Below the pieces are notes generated by a model. That model worked only from the letters and a program-made list of their open reading frames with translations, was not told the origin of the DNA and made no database searches. A stretch of 64,000 bases of DNA, taken from assembly GCA_051313645.2 (NCBI GenBank), contig JBNRSN020000002.1, positions 516,832,001-516,896,000 on the forward strand, in the 5' to 3' direction. A program made the translations under genes and the position numbers. Numbering within the stretch: the stretch's first letter is position 1; each line of letters starts with the position of its first letter. This stretch comes from Centroscyllium fabricii. Taxonomy: Eukaryota. This document shows positions 1 through 11,046 of the stretch, one piece after another.

Positions 1-157
1 TAACTCCTCCCCTCAGGTGAGTGCCTTATAGGTGTGATCTGACCTGCCCCCATTCATTCTGCACTCGATGTTCGACCGGAGCGTAGCTCCGTTGTAAAGC
101 GAATAAAAGCCTATAGTTAAGGTAACTACTCGTCTTTGATTCATTGACGATACGTCA
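1..157 (+). mobile_element. 3' part of the 5' LTR of a Ty3/Gypsy retrotransposon (LTR start lies outside the window)
   Basis: TATA-like TTATA at 26-30, AATAAA at 102-107, plausible LTR end ...TACGTCA at 157, gag ATG at 181. The end is inferred because no second LTR is available for comparison. Confidence 0.65.
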
Positions 158-180
158 ATTTTATTCGCTTTAAAATTAAA

Positions 181-3100
181 ATGGAGAGCGGCGCTGTGAA
201 ACCCGAAAAGTTGGACATCAGTCCACAGGACCCAGCCGCCGCCAATACATTTGAACATTGGTTCAGCCTCGTCGAGGCCTACATGGAGGCCGCCAAGGCG
301 ACAACCGACGGGAACAAACTCCACGTTCTCACATCTAGGATCTCCAGCCGGGTATACTCCTTCATCCGCGACGCTAAAATGTATGGAGAAGCCGTGGAGA
401 AACTGAAGGCATGCTACGTGCACCCGGTCCACTCGGTCTACGCCAGACACATGCTGGCGACCAGACAACAACAAATTGGTGAATCCAATGAACAGTACCT
501 GCTGGCGCTCCAAGCCCTCGCCCGGGCCTGTGACTGCAAGGCACGGACGGCGCAGGAGGAGGCGAATCTCCTCGTCCGGGACGCCTACTTGACGGGGATC
601 AGGTCCGCCCAGGCCCGCCAGCGGCTGCTGGAGAAAGAGACACTGTCGATGGATGAGGCGATCTCCATCTCCAACGCGGTGGATAGAGCACGCCGCAGAC
701 TAGAGGCATATGGCGGCCAAGGCCCACAAGCCACCTTCAACCCCTGGGCGGCCCCACGACAGGGCAAGACCCCCACAACGGCAGCGGCAGCTGTGAAGAC
801 GTCGGAGGATAAAAAATGTTATTTCTGCGGCCAGGGACTACACCCGCGAGCGAAATGCCCCGCGAGGACCACGACCTGCGAGAAATGTAGAAAAACGGGA
901 CATTACGCCAGGGCCTGCAAATCGGCCCCAGCGCCTAACTCCAGACACAACAGCACGGCCTGCGAGAGCTCCAAAGCCGGCCCTTGGCCTCAGGTAAGCT
1001 GCAGTTGCAGCGCGACCCAGCAACGGTCTGGGGGTAGAGTACAAGCGCCCCCGTCTCCCACCCTGATACGGCAGAGGCCGGCCGCACACACGGCACGCCA
1101 AACTCGGCCACGGCTGGCCATGTGCGACCCCCCAATGCCGGCATCTCGCCCAGCGCAGCCCGCTGCGTGCGAATCATGGGCGCCACCGCGGCCCGCTGCG
1201 TGCGAACCACGGGCACCGCCACCGCATCCACAGCGGCCCGCTGCGTGCGAATCACGGGTGCTGCCATCTTGTCCTCAGCGGCCAGCCATGTGCGACCCCC
1301 CGGCGCCGCCATCTTGTCTTCAGCGGCCAGCCATGTGCGACGCCCCGGCGTCGCCATCTTGTCCACCGCGGTCGGCCATGTACGAATCACGGGCGCCGCC
1401 ATCTTGTGCACGGCCCCGGCTAGCGGAGGGCTCCCACACACACACACACACTTCGGCCTCAGCCACGGTCGACCAGGCTAGGCCGCACACCCTATCAAAT
1501 TCCATGATGAGGATTAAAGTCAACGGCCATACCACCAACTGCCTGTTCGACACCGGAAGCACAGAGAGCTTCATTCATCCCGACACAGTGCGGCGCTACG
1601 GACTGCAGACCCTGCCCACGCACTACCAAATCTCCCTTGCTTCAAAGTCCCACACGGCGGACGTCACCGGCTACTGCTCCGTCACGCTCACAGTCAGGGA
1701 CTGCGTGTACCGTAATTTTAAATTGTACATACTCCAGCAGTTGTGCGCCCCAGTCTTACTGGGACTGGATTTCCAGTGCCACCTGAAGAGCGTGACAATG
1801 GAGTTCGGCGGGACCCTGGCCCCCCTCACCGTCAGTAGCCGGGACAATCCCTTCCTAAAGCAGAGCCCGACTTGCGGCCTTTCCACCCTGAAAGTCGACC
1901 CCCCCTCGCTGTTCGCCAACCTCGACCCAAACTGCAAACCCATTGCTACTAAGAGTCGGCGTTACAGTGAAGGGGATCGGACATTTATCAGGTCGGAAGT
2001 CGGGCGTATGCTGCAGGAGGGGATAATTGAAGCCAGCACCAGCCCCTGGCGGGCCCAGGTCGTACTGGTTAAGACTGGCGAGAAACTGCGGATGGTGATC
2101 GACTGCAGCCAGACCATTAACCGCTACAGCGGGCTCGACGCCTACCCCCTTCCCCGCATCTCGGAAATGGTTAACCAGATCGCCCAGTGCAAGGTGTTCT
2201 CCACAATCGACCTTAAGTCGGCGTATCACCAACTCCCGATCCGGAAAGCCGACCGCCCGTACACCGCGTTCGAGGCGAACGGTCGGCTTTACCACTTCCT
2301 CCGGGTCCCCTTCGGCGTGACCAACGGAGTGTCGTTATTCCAGAGGGAGATGGACTGTATGGTTGACCACAACAGGTTGCAGGCCACTTTCCCCTACCTG
2401 GACAATGTGACCATCTGCGGCCATGATCAGCAGGACCACGATGCCAACCTGGCCAAATTTCTCCACACGGCGAAAAGGCTCGACCTCACGTACAATAAAG
2501 ACAAGTGCGTCTTTAGTACAGATCGGCTCGCCATCCTCGGATATGTAGCGGAAAACGGGGTCCTTGGCCCCGACCCACAGCGTATGCGTCCCTTACAGGA
2601 ACTGCCCCTACCTCACAACCCCAAGGCCCTGAAGAGATGTCTGGGATTTTTCTCTTATTACGCGCAATGGGTTCCCCAGTTCGCGGATAAGGCCAGACCG
2701 CTCCTCAGGGCTGCAGTCTTCCCCCTCTCGGTAGAAGCCCAAACAGCGTTCGCCCTGATTAAGGAAGACATTATCAAGGCGACCATGCACGCCGTTGATG
2801 AGTCCATCCCTTTCCAGGAGGAGAGCGACGCTTCGGACTTTGCCCTAGCCGCCACCCTGAATCAGGCAGGCAGGCCCGTAGCATTTTTCTCCCGCACCCT
2901 ACAGGGACCCAAAACTCGCCACTCTGCAGTGGAAAAGGAGGCCCAGGCCATCGTGGAGGCCATGCGCTACTGGCGTCATTACCTGGCCGGTAAGCGTTTT
3001 ACCCTGCTCACTGACCAACGGTCGGTCGCGTTTATGTTCAACAATAAACAAAAGGGTAAAATCAAGAATGATAAGATCCTGCGGTGGCGGATCGAACTCT

Positions 3101-3214
3101 TGACTTACGAGTACGACATTCTTTACCGACCAGTCAAACTCAATGAACCCCCGGACGCACTGTCCAGGGGAACGTGCGCCAGTGCCCAGCTAGACCGGCT
3201 GAAGGAACTCCACG
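181..3214 (+). CDS. gag-pol: Ty3/Gypsy gag-pol polyprotein (Gag, protease, RT, RNase H), truncated by the assembly gap before integrase
   Basis: Uninterrupted ORF. Two CCHC knuckles (CYFCGQGLHPRAKC, CEKCRKTGHYARAC), protease LFDTGS, RT motifs SPW, IDLKSAYHQ, PFGVTNG, YLDN, RNase H SDAS..EKEA..TDQ. Confidence 0.95.
1108..1410 (+). repeat. In-frame 45-bp tandem repeat (about 7 degenerate units, 15-aa Pro/Cys-rich) between Gag knuckles and protease
   Basis: Units start at 1186, 1231, 1276, 1321, 1366 (e.g. QRPAMCDPPAPPSCL, QRPAMCDAPASPSCP), with looser units from 1108. Confidence 0.9.
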
Positions 3215-3414
3215 NNNNNNNNNNNNNNNNNNNNNNNNNNNNNNNNNNNNNNNNNNNNNNNNNNNNNNNNNNNNNNNNNNNNNNNNNNNNNNNNNNNNNN
3301 NNNNNNNNNNNNNNNNNNNNNNNNNNNNNNNNNNNNNNNNNNNNNNNNNNNNNNNNNNNNNNNNNNNNNNNNNNNNNNNNNNNNNNNNNNNNNNNNNNNN
3401 NNNNNNNNNNNNNN
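3215..3414. other. Assembly gap (200 N)
   Basis: Run of exactly 200 N; round size suggests a scaffolding gap of unknown true length. Confidence 0.99.
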
Positions 3415-4275
3415 GGGGGGTGGCTGAGGAGCCTGGGGTTGGGGGGAGGTGAATTCCTTGCTGTAGACTTGGTTCAGTTCCTTGTGCTGCGTCTGTTTTC
3501 TGTCCCCAGCGCCACAGCAGAGTTGGTGCTGGGTCGAGGTGTCTGTCACCAGTGTAACTCTCACTCCGCAACTTGTGTCAGTTTAGTGTTTGGATTGAAT
3601 AGTTTTTCATTAGTTCTCCGGTGTTCAGCAGTTCCATGGTGTAGGTTCGCGTCGTGTTTGTCAGAGCGCGTCGGGACTGAGCAATATTATCTTAAAATGA
3701 GATTAGATCTGGTTTCAATCCGATGATGTAACTTTATGGTATGCACTCGAAACCCAGCAAAGGGAGAAAGGTTGCGATGAACAATTCTGCTGTGCAAGGC
3801 TATCTATTGCGCCATGAAAGTTGTAATCAGATCCGATCCTAGAGCTTTCATCGACGCACAGCTGGGAAAGCGAAAACCCGAGCGGGATTTTGGGGTTGTC
3901 TGCGTTTATTACCGTACGTATTATCCAGCCTTGAATTCCTTGAGTTTAGCTCATTGATCGAGTAAGCGACAGGACCGAATTTATTTTCTTGTACTTTACT
4001 TTTGTTATCTTGAACCACTGATCTTTAATTCAAGATATTAAATCCTCAGACTTTACATGGAAAGCACATTTTAGTAATGTGCTAGTGTGTTTTGCAATGA
4101 AAACTTGTCATCTACCCAGGAAAGTGGCCAAACCTTGTTTAGCCAAGGAGCGAGTTGAAGGCTTAATTTGAACTCGGGTTTCCAGAGGTCAAGGCGATGA
4201 CTGGGTCTCTTTTACCCGTGTGCAGGATTTCTGTATTTACATAAATCTTGGGTTTGGAAATTGTTCGTTCTGTAA

Positions 4276-4996
4276 TGCCCTAGTTTCACTGGAGGCTACG
4301 AATTCCCGAATCGTGCCGATTGTGAAATTTGGCCGATTCGTGGGTCATTCTTGCAATTCGTAGTGGATTCGTAGTAGATTCGTAGTGGATTCGTAGCGGA
4401 ATCGTAGAGTTCGCGGGAGTTCGGCGGGAGTTCTTTTAGTTTTAAAGAAAGTTTTTGTTTGTCAAAAAATTTCGTAGGAGGGTTCCCGATTTTCCAATTC
4501 GTGATAGATTCGTAAACAATTCGTGACCCATTCTTACCGTTCGTGACCCTTTCTTACCGTTCGTAACTGATTCGTAGTGGATTCGTGGTGCATTCTTGAC
4601 TATTCTTGGGCATTCTTGATTTTTTCAAAATCAGGAATGCACCACGAATGCACCACGAATGCACCACGATTGTCCACGAATGCACTACGAATGCAATTCG
4701 TAGATAATTCGTAGCTAATTCGTAGAATTCGTAACTAATTCGTGGAGTTCGTAGTGGATTCTTAATTAATTCTTGCAATTCGTGGTGGATTCGTGAGTGA
4801 TTCGTACCTCATTCGTAAAATAATTCGTGATAGATTCGTAACCTTGTCCAGAATCGCCAAGAATTCACCAAGAATCGCCAAGAATCCACCAAGATTTTTC
4901 GCATTTCTTGCAGAATCCCCAAGAATCGCCAAGATTTTCGATTCTTGACGATTCTTGGGATACTTGGCATTCTTAGCCTCCAGTGAAACTAGGGCA
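4276..4996. mobile_element. PIF/Harbinger non-autonomous element (MITE)
   Basis: 23-bp perfect TIR TGCCCTAGTTTCACTGGAGGCTA (4276-4298 / 4974-4996), TAA TSD (4273-4275, 4997-4999), no coding capacity. Confidence 0.92.
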
Positions 4997-5099
4997 TAAG
5001 CAAGACAGATTGGCGAATATGTTAGATTTTCTGGAAGCTTAACACACCCAAGCTGTGTCTTTGTTATTATACAACAACTGACACTTGTGTAGCGTCTCT

Positions 5100-5320
5100 C
5101 AGAGAGAGAGGTCTTGAAGAGATGTTTGAAATGGGGAGAGAGATAGCAAGATTGAAGAGTTTAGGAAGAGAAGTGTGAAACATGGTGGTGGGGAGCACAA
5201 CAGCAGAGTTGTAAGAGCAGAGGGTGCAAGCTGGGACATGGAGCTGAAAAAGGTTGCATCAGGGCAATGGTGGGATTTGTCGGTGAGGATTTTGAAGCCC
5301 ATGCACTGAAGGAAGGGTGT
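5100..5320 (-). mobile_element. Degenerate L2-type LINE fragment
   Basis: Weak similarity to the other L2-like 3' fragments in the window (7400-7685, 14790-14990). Confidence 0.45.
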
Positions 5321-5321
5321 A

Positions 5322-5572
5322 AACATAGAAGATAGGAGCAGGAGTAGGCCATTCGGCCCTTCGAGCCTGCTCCGCCATTCAATGAGATCATGGCTGATCA
5401 TCCAAACCCAGTACCCTGACCCTGCCTTGTCCCCATATCCCTCGATCCCTATCGAACCTGCACCGACACATATCCCACCCAATCCCCGTAACCCCACATA
5501 GTTAATCCCCCGAACACTAAGGTCAATTTATCATGGCCAATCAACCTAACCTGCACATCTTTGGACTGTGGG
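5322..5572 (-). mobile_element. HE1-type SINE, 3' half
   Basis: CR1-shared tail (ACATAGAAGATAGGAGCAGGAGTAGGCCATTCGGCC) and body to TTGGACTGTGGG, as in full copies elsewhere. Confidence 0.85.
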
Positions 5573-5626
5573 CGAAGGATATTGGGTCCCTTGCTGTTTG
5601 CAGTCTATATTAATGATTTAGATAGA

Positions 5627-5989
5627 AACATAGAAGATAGGAGCAGGAGTAGGCCATTCGGCCCTTCGAGCCTGCTCCGCCATTCAATGAGATCATGGCT
5701 GATCATCCAAACTCAGTACCCTGTCCCTGCACCCCCCCCCGATCCCTCCCGAGCCTGTACCGACACACATCCCACCCCATCCCTGCAACCCCACACATTC
5801 AATCGCCCTAACACTAAGGGTTAATTTATTATGGCCAATCAAACTAACCCGCACATTTTTGGACTGTGGGAGGAAACCGGAGCACCCGGAGGAAACCCAC
5901 GCAGACACGGGGAGAATGTGCAAACTCCACACAGATAGTACCCGGGTCTCTAGTGCTGTAAGGCAACAGTGCTAACCACTGTGCTGCCC
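5627..5989 (-). mobile_element. HE1-type V-SINE
   Basis: tRNA-derived head, V-domain (TGTGTGGAGTTTGCACATTCTCCCCGTGTCTGCGTGGGTTTCCTCC on - strand), CR1-derived tail. Confidence 0.88.
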
Positions 5990-7399
5990 TTGTATAGAAT
6001 TGTGCTAGATCATTGTGCAACAGGATTTGAAACTAATGTAAATATATTATTCGGGGTCTTTCAGAATTCTAATTTAAGATTTGTTTTACAGTCAATTTCA
6101 AGTCTAACATTACCATAATGTAAGGCTCATTCAATAGGGTCTCATCAAGTCAGGGGTACCTTGTTTGATGCAGAGTCAGGTTGCCTCAGCTCGGCCCCTG
6201 CGGTAATCTTCTGGTTGCACTGTTTCCTACTCGAAGTGTTCTATCTACTGGCAATTTTACAATTTTGAACCAGAAACTAGGTTGAAGACTGTCTAAATTA
6301 ATTTCAGGTAAAATCTGTGGTGATGAGAGAGGAGAGACTTTGATTCAGTAAGTTTGGGCAAGATACGAGCTGAAGTGTTGATGATGCAACAGTGGAGTAC
6401 TAAACTGACTGCATCTCCCAAATGCCTGCTAAGTTTGTTCTTGATTTATATATTATATCCGAAGTATATATTAAATATGCATGAACAAATTTGAAATCAG
6501 ATCATCAGTGGTCTCGTTGATGTGCTTCTGAATCCATTGCACAGTGATGAATGCCATTGTGCTGCTTTGTAGAAATTCAAATGAAATATTTTAGTGGAAC
6601 TGGTCCCAGCCTCGAGCAGTATGGTTGGAAGAATGGGAATGAGTCTAGCTGTTTCAGTAGTTTAATGCATAAAGTGCAATGTGGTGTGTTACTGAGCTGA
6701 GTTTGTGTGTGTCTGCCCAGTCTTGCTTCATAGTGTGATGTCTGGTTTCTTTTTTTGGCACTCATCTTCGGATTAGCTTCTTGATTTCAAACAACCAGGT
6801 ATTGAACAGCCTTAATTTACCAACAGATGCAACAATAAATCATTGTCTTCTCCAGTGATAAACTGAATGACTAGCTGTTACAGAAGTAAAGTAGTGTTGA
6901 CATTGCAAAACAGTAATGTAGCCCAATAAGTTGCTGTGCTTTGTTCCTGTGCCCTTGTTGACCCGAAGTGAGTGAGCCTGATTCAACAAAGCAGTTTGCC
7001 TTTAGTGACCTGAGTGGCTGCAGAACATATTTCATGATTTTGAGCTTCCTGTCTGGTGGAGGTGACGGTGAGCGTCTCAATTAACACAATATCCTGAACA
7101 CTCTGGAATTCTGAGAAGTCAGTAATACAGATTGTGGAAATTGGTGTTGCAACTGATGCACTTCAGTACTTGTCCCCATTATACTCCGAATGCGCTTACG
7201 TTTGGGACTGAGTGCATTCAGCAAGTGTAATGGTGAGAACTTTCTGTAAAACTGCATGGGCCAGAAATTCCTTTGTGCAAAGAGTTGAGCATTAAGCAGT
7301 GACTAAGCTGTGAGATTGTTGCAGTTTCAGGGTGGTTTCCTGTAATTGTTACATTGCTGTTTTAAACAGCAGATTTATATGGTGCCTTCAATGGAGAAA

Positions 7400-7685
7400 A
7401 GGTTTTAAGGAATTCCAGAAGGTGGGGCCTGGACAGCTGAAGGAATCGTGCCAATGGTGGGGTGAAGAGAAGGGGATACACAAAAGGTCAGAATCAAAGG
7501 AATGGAGTGTTTGGTGGTTGGGTGTGGCGGTGGTAGGTTGTCGGGCTGGAGGAGGTTGCAGAGATAGGAAGAGGTGAGAGCATGAAGTGATTTAAACTTC
7601 AAGGACTAGAATTTTAACTTTGAGGTGTTGGGATCCGGGAGCCAATGTAGGTCAGTGAGGACAGGGGTAATGGGTGAGTGGGAGT
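7400..7685 (-). mobile_element. L2-type LINE 3' fragment
   Basis: Reverse strand translates to degenerate L2 C-terminal-like peptide (KFKSLHAL..SYLCNLLQP); matches 14790-14990. Confidence 0.6.
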
Positions 7686-7689
7686 TAAA

Positions 7690-7905
7690 AAAAAATTTGT
7701 TCATGGGATGTGGGCATCGCTGACATGGTCAGCATTTATTGCCCATGAGAAGTTAGTGATGAACTGCCGCCTTGAACTGCTACATTCCGTGTGGTGCAGG
7801 TGCCCCCACAGTGCTGTTCGGGAGGGAGTTCCACGATTTTGACCCAGTGACGGTGAAGGATCGGCGATGTACTTCTAAGTCAGGATGGTATGTCACTTGG
7901 AGGTG
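7690..7905 (-). mobile_element. 3' fragment of the LINE family seen at 24700-28580
   Basis: Shares GGGATGTGGGCATCGCTG and GGGAGGGAGTTCCACGATTTTGACCCAG with the reverse complement of that LINE's 3' end. Confidence 0.75.
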
Positions 7906-9207
7906 GTGCAGGGGCAGGAAGACAAGCTATTGCTGGAGATGCTGTGGCTATGATCGGTCAGGTAAGGGTAGAACTAACTGAGGGCAGTCGCACTGAGCAG
8001 TATAATGGAAGCAAGGTGTTGAAGGAGAATGGTTTAAGTGACCAAGTTAAAGGCTGCAGAGAGGTCATTGTTGTGGCAGGAAAGGAAACCTGATTGGGAG
8101 ATTCAAACATGGAGTTGTGGGAAAGATTACATGGAATACACAACACAGAAACAGGCCATTCGACCCAACCAGTCCATGCCGACATTTATGCTCCACACGG
8201 GCCTCCTCCCATCTTTCCTCCTCTAAATCTATCAGCATTACCCTCTATTCCCTTTTCCCTTAAAATCATCCATACTATTCACTTCAACTACTCCCTGTGG
8301 TAGCGAGTTCCACATTCTCACCACTCTTTGGGTAAAGAAGTTCCTTCTGAATTCCCTATTCGATTTCTTGGTGACTATCTTATATTGATGGCCTGGAGTT
8401 ATGCTCTTCCCCACAAGTGGAAACATTCTCTCTCTATCCACTCTATCAAAACCTTTCATAATTTTAAAGACCTCTATTAGGTCACCCTTCAGCCTTTTTT
8501 AAGAGAAAAAGAGACCCAGCCTGTTCATCCTTTCCTGATATGTATACAGTCAAACCTGTGTTAGTGGCCACCTGTTCATAGTGGCCACATCGGTTTCCCC
8601 CGCAGAGAAATACTGTATTATAAGCCCTGTACACAACGGCCACCTGTTCAACGCGACCAGCGGCCACCTGTTTTGTATCCCTCACAATTTCCGTCAGTAC
8701 ACAGTGGTCAGTTTTAATCAAAACTACGGGAGTTTTCTGAAATCGGTGAAAAATAAAAAAACTTTCTTGGTTCCTGCCCGGGGTGCCATTCCTCTCAGCA
8801 AGCGAAGGCGAGTCTAATGGTGTCAAAAGTGCTTTGCTCTGACGCGTGAGTGCGGAGATATGGGCATTCAAAGTGGTGCCAGGGTTTGGAGCCAACCGGG
8901 CCGGGAAGATGTAGGACCCGGTTGGCAGGGCGGCAGTCTAACGCCTTTCGTTCCTGACTCCCGTGTCCGAGGACGGCTCGTTGGAAAGCCCCGGCGCTGT
9001 CGCAGATTATGTTGCCGCACAGGCCGCAGGCGAGTGAGGCAAAGTGTCACAATCCCTTACCGGCTGCCGGGCCGTAGGTCACAGAGCCGCTTGTCGGGCA
9101 TAACTTCGGGAGGGAATGTCAGTTCCGGCCCGGGTCAACGGCAGCTGAACGGGGTGGCGGGGCTGCAGAGATCAGTGCCCAGCTTGTGTAGCTGTGCCTT
9201 TTGCTAA

Positions 9208-9769
9208 AGGCCCTGTCACACCTAGACGTTTTAGCCAGCCTATGCAAATGAGGCTAAAACGCTGAACTTTCGACACTTTTTTCAATTTTTGGAGTATTGG
9301 ACGTATGCATAACGTATGCGTAACGTATTAGTAACGTACACAGAGCGTATCAATAACGAATGCTTAGCGTTCACAACTTATGCCCAACGATAGTCTAACG
9401 TATGCATAGCGCGGCAGCGTATCGCCGACGTTTTAGATAAATTTAGAAAAAATTGGAAAACGCTAGCTTTAAATCGTCAAGGTGTGACAGGGCATGACAG
9501 GGGCAAGGTAATGTGTGTTTAACGATCGCCTAACGTGCCTACAACGTATGTCCAGCGTATGCGGAACGTATAAATCGTAACATTTATACGTCGTGATTTT
9601 TTGTGCATGCACAAAAAATCACGACTTCTACGACTTATACAACTTATGGCCAGCGTATGCCAGCGTGCTCTTAACGTATGCATAACGTACCCATAACTTG
9701 TCCAACGTATACCAGCGTATCGGCCAAATTTGCATACGCAAGCTAAAACGTCAAGGTGTGACAGGGCCT
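9208..9769. mobile_element. PIF/Harbinger MITE nested in the pogo-like element
   Basis: TIR AGGCCCTGTCACACCT(A/T)GACGTTTTAGC, TAA TSD (9205-9207, 9770-9772). Confidence 0.92.
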
Positions 9770-9988
9770 TAACTCTTCCAAGTAGAGCTTTCTACTCTAA
9801 TATCATTTCCCTCTATTGTTTAATATTCTTCCTTTACAAATGCTTATCCAATTCCCTTTTTAAATGATATTCTCTGCCTCAATAGACACTTATGTTAAGG
9901 CATTCCATGTTCTCATATCTGAACAAAATCTTCTAACTTTCTTCTTAGTTATTCTAATGACCTGGAATCTTTGTCTAATTGTTAACTA

Positions 9989-10075
9989 CAGTCACACCTG
10001 TACAGAAAGGCCACCTGTCTATAAAGGCCACTTTTTGCCTTTCCCTTGAGTGGCCTTTCTGTACAGGTTTGACTG
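9989..10075. mobile_element. 87-bp pogo-like mini-MITE forming the right end of the composite
   Basis: TA at 9987-9988, then CAGTCACACCTGTACAGAAAGGCCAC, inverted as GTGGCCTTTCTGTACAGGTTTGACTG at 10050-10075. Confidence 0.8.
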
Positions 10076-10680
10076 CACCCTCACATTTCTGCTATCATCC
10101 TTGTAAATCTTCTCTGCACCCTCTCCAGTGCCTCGATATCCTCTTTGTAATATGGCGACCAGAACTGCACGCAATACTCCAAGTGTGGTCTAACCAAGGT
10201 TTGATACTGGTTTAGCATAACTTCCCTACTTTTCGATTCTATCCCTCTAGAAATATACACTAGTGCTTGGTTTGCTTTTTTATGGCCTTGCTAACCTGTG
10301 TCGATACTTTGTGATTTGTGTATTTGTACTCAGAGATCCCTTTGTTCCTCTACCCCCCCCCCAGACTCGCACCCTCCAAGTAATAAGTGACCTCCCTGTT
10401 CTTCCTACTAAAATGTGATATCTCACATTTCTCAGTGTTGAACTTCATTTGCCAATTATATGCCTATTCTGCAAGTTTATTAATGTCCTCCTGCAATTTG
10501 TTGCAGTCCTCCTCAGTATTGACTATCTGCCCCAATTTGGTGTCATCTGCAAATTTAGAAAATGTGTTTTTGATTCCAAAGTCTGAATTGTTAATGTAAA
10601 TTGTGAACAGCAGTGGTCCCAGCACTGATCCTTGTGGAACACCACTACCCACCTTCTACCAATGTGAATAGCTACCCTTT

Positions 10681-11046
10681 ACGGTGGCGCAGTGGTTAGC
10701 ACTGCTGCCTCGCAATAAGGAGCTCCTGGGTTCGAATCCTGCTTGGCCCGGGACACCTCTGCATGGAATTTGCATGTTCTCCCCGTGTTCGTGTGGGTTT
10801 CCTCCGGGTACTCCGGTTTCCTCCTACCACCCAAAGACATGCAGGTTAGGTGAACTGGAGATACTAAAAAAAAAAAATGCCCATGAGTATGTGTGTGAGA
10901 TATAGTTCTTCGAGTTGGGGGTGTCGGGGGATATGGGGAGAGGGTAGGAGGTGGGTGCTGGGTTTGGATGATCAGCCATGATCTCATCAAAATGGCGGAG
11001 CAGGCTCAAAGGGCTGAATGGCCTACTCCTGCTCCTATCTTCTGTT
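10681..11046 (+). mobile_element. HE1-type V-SINE (divergent subfamily)
   Basis: A box TGGCGCAGTGG, B box GGTTCGAATCC, V-domain, CR1 tail. Confidence 0.88.

Larger units (their letters stand above)
8547..10075. mobile_element. Tc1/pogo (Tigger-like) non-autonomous composite element
   Basis: Termini CAGTCAAACCTGT / ACAGGTTTGACTG; TA at 8545-8546 (right flank reads CA); host CR1 sequence resumes directly across the insertion. Confidence 0.8.

Noticed and set aside
3415-3726. Apparent C-terminal extension of the 1181-aa Gypsy ORF, and other ORFs spanning the gap
   Set aside because: Artefact of translating through Ns; the sequence after the gap has no integrase motifs.
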